The position numbers and the translations under genes were made by a program. From Lama glama (Eukaryota), in contig CM052832.1 of assembly GCA_028534125.1 (NCBI GenBank), forward strand, positions 12,774,001 to 12,834,000: DNA of 60,000 bases. Direction: 5' to 3'. The notes under the pieces are model-generated. The model was given only the letters and a program-made list of their open reading frames with translations, had not been told where the DNA came from and searched no databases. Below are positions 49,033-60,000 of the stretch, one piece after another (the first letter of the stretch is position 1; each line of letters starts with the position of its first letter).

Positions 49033-51744
49033 ACACATTTTCTCTCTGCTGGTTTTCTGAGTGCCCATTACTTGGCATAGCTCATGCTCCTCTAAATGCA
49101 AGACGGATGTTTGAGTTTTGGAGGTGTTTCCCTTCTCCCTGCCAGCAACTCCTTTTGTTCTGGTTGTAAGTATGTGGTGGTGCACTGACCCACAGAAGGC
49201 CTGCCAAAAACCCCCTCTGAGGCTCACAGAACTCACTCAATGGTTTACTGCCCTCCTAGGTTTTACATTAACCTCCCCCAAAGTCTGGTGCCCACAACCT
49301 GCCTCCATGGAGTGTCAGGAATAAAAACATGTCTTCCAGTGACCTAACTCTGTGGCTCTCCCAGTCTTATCTAGCATTCAGGTTTAGCCTTGGCCAGGGG
49401 GCGGGCGCTGAAAGTCCTCTTTCATTGCTGTGATGTACAATGGCATGTACCCCACTGCAACTCCCTAGTTCACTCTGCTGGCCTTCTAGGGCAGGGCCAA
49501 GGCACCCCTCCTCACTCCACCTCCAAAGAGACAGCAGGTCATGGTCCAGACATTACTGAGCCAGGCTTTAGGGCTGGGGGCTGCTGATGTGACAGGGAAT
49601 GGGGGTAAAGTTTCCCTCCTGTTTTAGAATCAAGCTCAATCTCTTTCCCATGGTCTTCTCCGAAAACAGTCCTTTCAATGCTCTCCTCTCACCCTGGGAC
49701 ACTCCAGCCACACTCCCCCAATACCTCAACCTTCTACCCCTGCAGAGCCTTTGCTCTGGCTGTTTCCTCTGCCAAGAAAACTCTTCCAAGATTTTTGCAC
49801 GCTGGCTGCAGCCGCAACGTTCTCCCCTCTACCTCTCCACCAGGAAGACAGCGCCCAGCAAGTGCATGCTGGGGCGAGGACAGATGGGCTCACTCTCTCA
49901 CCTGCTCAGCCTAGTTCCCCAGAGAGTCCCTTTGCCCACCTCCTCCTCCCAGGACCTGTAGTGCAACAAGAGGCCTTGACAGACCCCTCAGGCAGGTACA
50001 GCCCTCTGCAGGCTCACCGCTGGGTAAGCTGTGAGCTGTCAATACACAGCTGCACATGGAGGCACTGAATGGAGGTTACAAATGAGGGAACTCATGTCCA
50101 AGGCAGACAGCACTCTACCTGACCAGCATTAAAGGTGCCCTTAAGGGTTATAAACGGCAGGTCTGCTGAAACTGTCACAACTTTCATTTCTGCAGCTGCT
50201 TCACCTGGTTTTTCTTTGAGTGACTCAGCTTTTAACCCTAGAAGTTTCTCTCCCCCCGGCCAGTCCTGTTTGGCTCTCTAGGATCGAAGCTTCCTTCGCT
50301 GTGATTCAGCTGCAGGCAGCCCTTTAGCAGCTGGGATGCACGGGCTTCTTTCTCTGCAGAGGTCTTGGGCCAGTATCTCACAATCCTGCACAAAGCTCTT
50401 GTGTCCTTTTTCCTCACACCTGTGCCATGCTTCTGTCTCCCAAGGGACATGGCTTGTCTCTCCTAACACAGCCAGGCACTCTTCTTCTTTTATTATTCAT
50501 AGAATTACAGAACTATGGAGTTGGAAGGAACTTCGCAGATTATGCAGTTTAATCACCCATTCTGTGTAGTCTAAAAGGAGGTGAGACTCCTCTAACGAGT
50601 GGGACTAGCCGAGGTGTTAATGAAGCAGACAAAAAGCCCCACCGTTATTCTGCAGGCTTTCTGCAGAAAGACCTCAGATCCACCAGATAATCCAGTGTGC
50701 TGCCCAGGAAAGAACATCTCTGAGTCTGACACAGTTTTAAAGTCACAGACTACTGCCCTACGTTCTGTCAACACCACGAACTGCTGAAAGCCATACCGAG
50801 CTCCCTGCACTAACCTGGGAAGCCCTTTTATCGCCTGTGACAGGGCCCTGTAAGCCGGGCTCGTGATAACCAAGTCAGACTTCAGGCTTTTGATATCCTG
50901 CTCTACCTCAACCATATTATCAAAATTGATAGCTCACCCAGCTCCTGGCCATTCCGGCCCCTTGTCCTCATTTACCCTAGGGCGTCACACATGCTGGTTG
51001 GCAGAAGCCGTGGCTCCACATCTGCCGCCTGCCGCCTGGGCGTCACAGCCAGCACCTACTCACAGAAGCCCACTCTTTCCTTTTCTTCCAAAGCCCTTCC
51101 TCGGGCAAGTCAGGTCCTGTCTTTCCATCTATGTGCTGAACAGGCTTCTGCACTTTCACCACCTGACACCAGTTACAGAGTGGGACTGCCCGGGGGGCAC
51201 GCGGGGATGCTGCTGCTCTTGAGAACACCTACGGTATCGGTCAGAACTCAGAAGAACATTCAGCCTTCTCTGGCTTTTCCCCCTCCTGCTTTTAGAAGAG
51301 ATATATGCCCATTAAGAACAAACAAACAACCCCCAAACTGCTCAGTTCAGAAATGTACAAAGCAGAAAAACAAAAGCCCACTGCTGCCCGGAGAGATAAC
51401 AACCAGGACCCAGCTCCAGGCCCTTCTCTCTGCAGACCACAGAGCCTAGCAGTCTGTCCCCTCAGTCCCCACCCACCGGCCCCCTTTCCTGGGCCTCCTG
51501 CAGCAGCTGCCCGGGGTCCCACCACCCTTCAAGCCCCTCTTCAGTCTCCTTCCGTCCCCACCCCAGGCTTCCAGAACTCTGCGCTCCTGTTGGCCACCCC
51601 CTCTGCCTCCTTGCTCGTCCACCTCTTCAGGTAGGAGTGTGCCAGGGCTCAGGCCTGGCTCTCTTCTCCCTCCATCACTCACACTTCCTGAAGATTTCCG
51701 CCAGTGCCCTAGCTTCAAGGTCGACCTAGCCAAAGGCTCCTAAA

Positions 51745-52727
51745 TATACATGTCCAGTCTAGACCTCTCTCTCTTTCGACTCCAGCCTCATCAGATTTAA
51801 TCTGCCTGCTCTACCTCTCCACTTGGATGTCCAACAGCATTTAAAATTTGACGTGCCCCAAACCGAACTCCTGGCCTTCCTCCGTAAACCTGCACCTCCT
51901 ACAGCCTCCTCACAAACCATAAAGTCATTCTGACTCATCCTCAGGAATTTCTGTTGACTCTACTTACAAAATATATGCAAGATTTGGCCATTTGTCATAC
52001 CTCCACTCCACCACGCAGGCCCAAGCCACCCTCATGCCTAACCTGGAAGACCACAATAGCATCCTGGGTGGTCTCCCTGCTTCCAACTTTGGCCACAGCT
52101 ACAGTCTACACAGAAGCCAGTGACTCTCTGAAGCTGTGAGTCAGATCATGTCCCTCCTCTGCTCATGGCTCCCCTTCTATTCAGAGTGAAAGCCAAAGTC
52201 CTCACAGCTCTCAGTGATCTGGGTTCCTTAGTAAGTCCTTATGACTTCTCTGGCCTCACCTCTTCCTACTCTTCCCTTGGACCACTCTGCTCCAGGCCAC
52301 CATGGCCACCATCATGATTGCTCAAACAGCCCAGGCATGCAGGCCTCAAGGCCTTTCCATGGCTGTTCCCACTGCCTGGACACTCCCTTCAAATGTCCAC
52401 ATGGCCTCTCCTTCGTCTTCCCCTAGCCTTTGCTCAAATGTCACCTTCTCCGTGAGCCTATCCTAACCACTTTATCTGAAATTGCAACCTGTCCTACCAC
52501 CTGATAATCCCTTTAACCTGCTCTTTTAAAAAAAATATTTATCACCTTCTAACATTGCTTTTAATTCACTATTTACTATGCTTTTGTTTATTGTTAAGTC
52601 TCTCCCCGACTAGTATCCAAGTTCTATGAGAACAGAGTTCTCTGTTTCACCTTCGATAAAACCAATGCCCTCAACAGTGCCTGGCATGGGGCAGACATTC
52701 AACAAATGCTTGTCAGCGAATGACTGA
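51745..52727 (+). mobile_element. L2 LINE 3' fragment
   Basis: CTCCACTTGGATGTCCAACAGCAT...CCAAACCGAACTCCTG...ACAGTGCCTGGCATG...GAATGACTGAA. Confidence 0.7.
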
Positions 52728-52976
52728 AAGGTCTTTTAGCCCTGCCCAGGAGCTCTGCAGCCTTTCTGGCATTAAGATCCTTTTCACACTGAAGAACTCA
52801 AGGCCTCAGTGGCTTCTTGCCACTGCAGAGGGCAACCTCTTCTGAGCATCCTTTCTCCTTTACTCTTTCCCAGCCAGGGAGCTGCTGTGGCACCTTTTAT
52901 CCCCACAGCTCCACTAGAGAAATAGCTCCCGTTCTGATGCTGATCCCCAGCCCAGGCTGAGCTCCGGGCCACTCAC

Positions 52977-53072
52977 CTGAAAGTCCTCCTCGTCCAAGAT
53001 CTCCTTCCTCCACTTGATCAAGAAAGCTGCACACACGTAGAGATGAAAGTGGGAGAACCCTTCCGGTTCAGA
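52977..53072 (-). CDS. TBC1D22B: TBC1D22B exon (about 12; SEPEGFSHFHLYVCAAFLIKWRKEILDEEDFQ)
   Basis: Acceptor ttcccag|TCT and donor CAG|GTGAGT; 96 nt. Confidence 0.95.
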
Positions 53073-53361
53073 CTGGGAAGGGAGACAACAGAGTCAGGTC
53101 TCCAAGTCCTGACAAGGAGCCACGCCCGCCCTCTCAGTTCCAATCCTTCTGCAAGGTGGGAAAGCAGAGTAGCACCCTTCTCATGGCTGGGCAAACAGAG
53201 GCCTAAAGAGATTTAGCAGAGGCCCTGCCCACAAGGCTAAGGCAGACACAGAGGTAGAACGGAGACAGGGAGAACTTGGGAGCAGCTACACCGCACACCA
53301 GGGCAGGGAGCGGACAACGCAGGGACAGACTGCTGTGGAGAGGGCAGGGGTCTCTCGGTAC

Positions 53362-53489
53362 CTGGTATGTGTCCCACAGGCGGATGGTGCAGCGAAGGGG
53401 AAGCTCCCGCATAAGAAGGTTGTTCATCCAACGAAAGGCAAACTGTAGGTATTCGACCTCGTACCTCCTGAAGTGATTATGTACCTGCT
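53362..53489 (-). CDS. TBC1D22B: TBC1D22B exon (about 11; (E)QVHNHFRRYEVEYLQFAFRWMNNLLMRELPLRCTIRLWDTYQ)
   Basis: Acceptor tttcag|AG and donor CAG|GTACCG; 128 nt; FAFRWMNNLL and RLWD TBC motifs. Confidence 0.96.
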
Positions 53490-55738
53490 CTGAAACAGAG
53501 AAGGTGCCATTGGTCCCCTGAGCACAACCTAGGGGACTGGACCCTGAAAGAGTCACATGAGCCCAACAGGCAGTTTCTGTTTCTCATCCCCCTTCCCCAC
53601 CTGGGGAAGCCAGACACACAGGGGCCAAATCAGCATCCAGCTATCCTTTATGTTTGATTCCACCACCTCCCAGCAACACTGCATAATTAACTCAGCCCCG
53701 CATGTAGCAGAATTATTTTAACATCCCAGTGATGCTCCTCCGTAGGGCTGCTCTAGTCGTAAAGCAGGAGACATAAAGCTCACTTGGCTGCGTGACCTTG
53801 TTCCTCATTAGAGAAGGAGCCGGAATGGAAAGGGACAGTGGGGGTCACCTTGGCCACCCTCCTACTAGGGAGGGTTTCTCTTCGGCACCCCTGACAGATG
53901 GCAGCCGGCAGCCAGCAGGGACTTAAACAGTCAGTGAAAGAGGTTCACCGACTCCACTTAAGGGCAGCCTCTCCCACTGATGCACGAAGTGATTCACCAG
54001 AAACTGCTTCACCATATTCAACAGACACTAACTGGCTCCCTCCTAACCTCCAAACCTGTGTGTTCTGAGCAAACCCCAACAAACCTGATCCCATGTGACA
54101 GGACAGCCCTTCAGACTGCTCAGTAGGGTTTTCTGGTAAAATCACTGTCCTCCTCAGTTTCCTAATCTATAAAATGAGGACAACTATTCACATCTCAGAA
54201 AGTCTGGGGGAGAATAAAGTGAGAAAATAAAAGTGTTCACAATAGCATCTGGCATATGTAGTAAACACTTCAGACAATTTTTCAAAGAGTAGCTATCAAT
54301 AATGGTTTATTCTGGGGAGTAGAATTTGAGGAAGGAGGAGGATTTTTACCTTTTATTTTTTGTTTTTCTGAATTGTCTGAACTTTTGTAATGAGTAAGTA
54401 TTATTTCTGTAATTCAAAGCATAAAGATATATACATTTAAAAATCCACTATCCTAAAGTATTACACCTTTATTTAGTAGGTACTTGTGAGGGCAGGGGGA
54501 AAAAAAGGACAGGCCAGACAGTGGCAAAAACCACAGCCCAGGCCCTCTGGAACCTGGCCCCTGTCAGACAGCTTAGCGCAAGCCCTGTACCAGGATCCAA
54601 GTGAGGGGTGCAAGTGAGCTGGATGTGGGCCCCGCCATGGGGCTGACAGCTGGGTTGGGGCAATAAGGCAAACAGGAAATAAAGCACCCCAGATACAACG
54701 TATAGGAAACAATAGTAAATAAGCAAACAAGTTGGGAAGATCGAAATCCTAAGTCATAAAAAGAGGCTGGAGTGAGCAGAACAAATCAGGGAAGGTTTTC
54801 ATGGAAAGAGAACATGGGGAAGGAGAAAGAGGTGCAATTTCAGTCTTGGGTGGGGGGGATGCTTTGGTGAGGCCAAAAATCCATGACAGAAAACCAGGAA
54901 ATGAGATTTAATAGTCATGCAGTAACAGGTGGATTCCTAAAGAAGCTTTGCAAGTTAACTGGAGCTAGAGATTCCGCTTAACAGGAGACCTTGCTGTTCG
55001 ACCTCCACGTGATCTTCATGAAATTGAACTCTGACTTCTCTCCCTGGGCCTTAGTTTCTTCATCGGTCCACAGCAGGGTTTCCCAAGTGCCCTTTAGTTC
55101 TAACATCCCGAGACTCCATGCCAGAGCCAAGGAATTACTGGAAGCCTCCTGTTTCTCGCCCAGACAGGTCACAGGGAGCAGGGGGAGTCCTGCTGGGATA
55201 TCAGCCAGACCTGAGGACCCTGCAGCAAGCCCAAGAGTCCCGAGCCACATCATCGCATGAAGGACAAGGTCAGACTACAGACCTGATGCTAAGGGCAAAG
55301 GAGGGCTAGGAGGTTTCACAGCACAAAGGCGACATGACCAGGACAGTGCTTTAGAAAGATGTGGGTGTGTGACAGAAGGTGTGGAAGAGGAAAGAGTACG
55401 GAGGAGGCAAGTCCTTCTGGAGGAAGCTGCAGACATCCAAGCATGGCTGGACCAGAGCTGTGGCTGGGGAAATGGAGAAGAGTGAACCTGAGGAGAGATG
55501 CTGATGGAGGACTGACAGAACTCGGTGAGAGAAGAAAACTAAGGAGAAAAAAGAGCTGGAGATAACCCCAGAGTTCTCACCTCACCTGAAATGTGGAAGG
55601 GTGCAGGGCCATCAGCAGCAGAGGGAACTGGGAAGGGTCATGGCCAGGACGGGGGCTTAGGAGGCGACCCACAAGTGTCACTGGCTTGCGTCAGAATCGT
55701 ACTGTGCTACTGCTAGAGAATTCCTCCTCTGAACCTAC

Positions 55739-55814
55739 CATCGATCCGGCTGACAAGCTCTTCCAGCGCCTTGACCTTCTTCTGGATCCCTGGTTGTGCA
55801 AAGGTGTAGTTATC
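55739..55814 (-). CDS. TBC1D22B: TBC1D22B exon (about 10; DNYTFAQPGIQKKVKALEELVSRID)
   Basis: Acceptor ttgcag|GAT and donor G|GTAGG; 76 nt; phase consistent with neighbours. Confidence 0.95.
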
Positions 55815-56274
55815 CTGCAAATGACACAGAAGCCAGGATGAACAGGGACACCAAACAGTCATGCTACCACCTCTCCAGTTTACTGAAACATGTTTAAAAG
55901 CAGAAGCTGTTTTTCCAAAGCTGGTGCCAGTGTTTAGGGGAAACAAAGGAATCTTACAGAACAGCAGAGCGTGGGGAAGGCCTGATAGAGCCCTGCACTG
56001 TGCAGACACAACATGTGGCCCAGGAGCACAGCAGAGAGACAGGGCAGGTCTGATGACAAAGGCAGGGCAACAGGGAGACTTCCCCGACTCCAAGAACACT
56101 AGACCATTGCCTTTCAAAAGCTGTAAAGCTAATGAAAGGGTAAAGTTGGATCACCCAAAGAGAAGAGGAGCCGTGCTGGGTGGGGAACCCCATCTGATGC
56201 AGAAGAGCAAGGAGGAACTTAAAGGCCTGCAGGAGCCCTGAGCCAGGCAGCCCACGAGGGCAGAACCAGCGCAC

Positions 56275-56381
56275 CTGGATCCCATCCAGCAGCTTGCTCA
56301 TGCACCAAAAGCTGTCGGCTTCAATGCTTCGCAGCATGTCCTGAGACAGATTGGTCACATCAAAGTTCTCTACGTCCTCTT
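56275..56381 (-). CDS. TBC1D22B: TBC1D22B internal exon (about exon 9; (E)EDVENFDVTNLSQDMLRSIEADSFWCMSKLLDGIQ), TBC domain
   Basis: Acceptor ttttacag|AA and donor CAG|GTGCGC; 107 nt; EADSFWC motif of TBC1D22/Gyp1 GAPs. Confidence 0.94.
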
Positions 56382-58967
56382 CTGTAAAACAAAAGGTGAA
56401 GAAAGTCCAGAAGTCCATTTTTCCTCTAAAAATGGAGAGAGAAAGATAGAGTCTAGTATCTTTAATGGGGTCCTTATGGCCAGGAGAGAGCCAGGCTAAC
56501 CTAATGCCAAGGAACGAGGGCCCGCCCTCCTCCCCACCTTGTCGGGTGGGCAAATGTGTCCCAGGAAACTTCTTGAGGATCTCATTACAACACTGAAAAG
56601 GTAATTTCTCACACCAACTTCGCTGGGTCCAACCTATCTTTCTCTTCTTCTTTATTTGTTCATTTAGTTTGAGAAAAAAATGCTTCAGGTCTAATGCTCA
56701 ATGCATTATATCCAGCCCCCTGGAGATGGTCTGGAAAAATTCTTTGATTTCAGAAATTCAGTGAACTGTCTAGCACACTCACACTCACATGTAGTGAGGA
56801 CAGCTGGGATCAGTTAGCCCCCATAGTTCATTTTAAAGATGGATTCCCCCAATTCTGACAAGGCAGATCCATGGCCTCACCACTCAGAAGTGAAGACGAG
56901 TGTGTGAAGGAAGATGCGGGAGCTTCCAGGATTTAATTTCACCAAGTTGGTAGTTACCAAGATGGGTTCTGTGAAACCTCAATCCTATAGGACACTCAAG
57001 AAAATAGAGGTTCCGGGGACAAATACGGCTGAGAAATGCATCCCGGAGATTCACAAACCCATACAAAAGGACTTGAGAAGTCATTAGAAATTGTGCTTTA
57101 AGTAAATCTCCTTAATCTTGTCTACCCACCATTTCCCCAGCTTCTTTAGCCATGGGACCTCTTTTAAAAGTTTCTCATGGAAACTCCACACTAAGTGACA
57201 GGAGTGAGAAGTTGTCTTCTCTGAGTCTGAGATGCAAGTGCGGAGAACACAGGAGTCCTCCAGAAACCTGAGGAAGGAAGAGGCCATGCGATGTTTCCTT
57301 CCTGACAGAGAGGTGGACAGGGCAGGCCGCCCTGTCCACAGGCCTCTGCGTGCCTGTCAGAGGCCACACATGGAAGTGTTCAGGCCCTTGAGTTCTGTGC
57401 CAGAGGCAGCTTAGCTCCTTACAGCCCTGTTTTGAAAACAGGATGTTCACTGCAGTCCCTGGTCCTACAGAGAGACACAGGCATTTGACAAAATGTATTC
57501 AGAATCTAGCCCATTCATTTATGAGAATTATTACTCTATTAAGACCTACAACTGGACCTTCTTGGGACAAGAAACTCTCGAATTTGCATCCTGTATCAAC
57601 AGTGTTTTTATAATGGACAAGGGCTGTAAAAACCCTTTTGGGAAGGGTAGGGTGATTTGTCAGAAAAGCTACAACCCTGGGAACTCGGAGCAGAGCCACA
57701 TTTAATACAAGTAAAGTGCGAACAACAGTGCCTGGCACACGGCAGGTGTGATATGGTTCATTTTAGATGACGTTTATTAGGAATTTGTAATGACATGGGG
57801 AAGCATGCCACAGCGTTAAGGGAAAAGAGTAAGGTGCAAAATTGTCTATGGTACGCTCTCAACTGCACATACAATATTTATGTGTTTGTATAAGCACAGA
57901 GGAAAGACAAAATACCTCACAAAGGTTTACAGCACTTACTCCCAGGTGGTAGGGATGAAGAATTTTTATTTTCTTGAAGTCTTACTATTCAAAATTTCTA
58001 CAATAAGCATAATTTTTATAGTCAGGAAAAAATGCACATTATTTTAGAAAAACGGGGCTACAGCTAACTACATCTGCCTTTTACCTCCAAATAACAAACA
58101 AGATTTTGTAAAACACTAAGCCTGCAGAAATGAAGACTTCGGATAATATATAAAGGTCCATTCAAGAAATCACATTTAAAAAAATCCCTTCCGAGAAATT
58201 TCATCTTTATTTTTTCCCTACCTTAAACACTTATTATGTAGTGTTATTGTTTGTTTGGGAGGGGGGGAGTGCATAAACACACACACACACCTGATTTAAT
58301 TAAATGACACTGGGCTCTAAGACACAGGCTCAGAGTCTTTCTTCTTTTTGCTTCGTATTACATTTCTAAGATCTTTGCACGTTGCAGTACATTCTCTAGT
58401 TCACTGTCTCACACATGCCACCATCCCTTTACATATCCATTCCCCCCAGGGATGGATGCCCAGGTGCCTCCGACTCCCACTACAACACACAGTGGCCTGA
58501 GGAACCCAAAGAAGAACTACTCTGGGCCACAGGTTCAAGTGACCTGACCATAAGGACTGCCAGGCCACTCACTCTCCAGGACCAGACTCCCAGCAGGGCA
58601 CGAGGAAGAACGCTCCCTCCTTTTTAGCAAGTGCAGTTGACTACACTAACCATCCCAGGCAGTAGCGCCCTCTTTATGAAAATAGGGTTGTAAGAAAAAA
58701 ATGAAACCCACAAGAAGGCTCAAGATGAAGCTACTCCCACTATTCATACATGTTTCCCGAATGAAGATCCAGAGCTCCACAATAATTTGAAGGGTCTTTT
58801 CCTACCTGGGCGCTCTAGCATTCCAGAACACTGCAGCAGCAATGACGCTGGGAATGGAAACCCCACACAGTGGAGTAACAAGGAACAAAGAGCCCGGTTC
58901 CCTGAGAAGAACAGGGAGCACAGATGCCACATCAGCCCCGGGGACCTGTGGCTTTTCTGTCGGACAG

Positions 58968-59215
58968 AATAGCATGCAGTTAAGAGCAGAGACTCTGGAG
59001 CCAGCCTGCGTGACTCAAATCCTGGCTCTGTTATCTCGAGCTACTATGAGGCTTTGGGCAAATGCCTTTACCTTCTGTGCCCCAACTGCTCACCTGTTAA
59101 GGTGGTAATACCCTACCAGTGTCAACGGATACTGTAAGGATTAAACAAGTTAATACACGAAAAGTGCTAACAATGCCAGGCATACAACAAGCATTATGTA
59201 AATGTTAGCTAGTAT
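58968..59215 (+). mobile_element. MIR SINE
   Basis: GCAGTTAAGAGCAGAGACTCTGGAGCCAG...CAAATCCTGGCTCTG...AATGTTAGCT. Confidence 0.75.
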
Positions 59216-60000
59216 CATTTTTATTAAACGAGGAACAAATAAACCTCTACCCTGTTTAAGCCGCTGTTATTTTAGAGCTCTGTTATTTGTAGCCAAACCT
59301 AGCCTAATTCCAAATGTACCTTAAAAATAAAAGTCAATTTTCAAAGCTTTCCATTTCTACGTTTTGGTCTTCAGGAGAAGAAAATCCAGTAACATGAGGT
59401 TTAAGTTGGTACAATGCTGCTCTCAGTAACTGTTCCAGTTCCAACCCTTTAGCTGTCCAGGGAGTAAAGGGCCCAACAGACAGGATGCTGAACCCTCTTC
59501 TGGGGCCTCGAGTTGGGGGTTGTGCTTTCCCCATGTTCTGCCCTTATGCCTGGCCTCCCCGCTAGCCCTCTGCTTTCACGGACAGTGGGAGAGCTCACCA
59601 GCACTTCAGAGAGTGGGAGGAGAGTGTAGCTCTGCTGTTCTGCCTGCTGGGAGGATGACATTCACACATTCAGTCAAAAACTGTGAGCTGAGTGCAGCAG
59701 AGAAAGGGAGGCCCAAATGCTCTCTGAAGGACTTCATTCAGCATAAACAGTCTGTTCAGAAGGCTCATTACACGTCCCAGTTGAGAAAATTCAACATATA
59801 ATTGAAGCTGGAACGGGAAACCACGCCAGCAACACGGTCTCGAATGAGGGCAGCGTCTCTGGTTGTCATTACAGAGCATTCAGCAGCCAGGACTGGCTGG
59901 AGGGAAAGAGATTTTAGGGGATATTTTATGGTTGCTTTAAGAGGCAAAGCATCCAAAAAGAGGAAAACCAAAAGCTCTTTATAAAAATCAAATTGCCCAC

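Noticed and set aside
55954..56553. 199-aa minus-strand ORF
   Set aside because: Only the 107-nt TBC1D22B exon is homologous; the flanks are intronic read-through.
1..60000. CRISPR arrays, operons, prophage or defence systems, or a foreign insert
   Set aside because: The sequence is mammalian throughout; no repeat-spacer array, long intact non-host ORF or compositional break was seen apart from the CpG island.

Overview
Mammalian genomic DNA, probably camelid, judging from repeated tRNA-Ala-derived vic-1-like SINEs. It holds two minus-strand genes in tandem. RNF8 (FHA/coiled-coil/RING E3 ligase) has coding exons 1-7 at 32586..7007 and a CpG-island promoter at about 32.0-32.9 kb; its short last exon was not found and probably lies left of the window. 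The last five coding exons of TBC1D22B (Rab-GAP) lie at 56381..40350, with a 3'UTR ending near an AATAAA at 38507-38512. All exon borders were read by eye and show GT/AG with consistent phases. The rest is intron and intergenic DNA rich in L1, L2, CR1/L3, MIR, LTR and hAT fossils. No clearly new biological system is evident. The best leads are: (1) a two-part module duplicated on both sides of the RING-coding exon 7, one half direct and the other inverted; (2) an in-frame stop plus AATAAA just after the exon 7 donor; (3) a decayed, sense-oriented CIAO2B/FAM96B retrocopy in the last TBC1D22B intron; (4) a candidate uORF in the RNF8 leader. Gene identities, exon numbers and repeat family names come from my recall of orthologues and consensus sequences, not from database searches.
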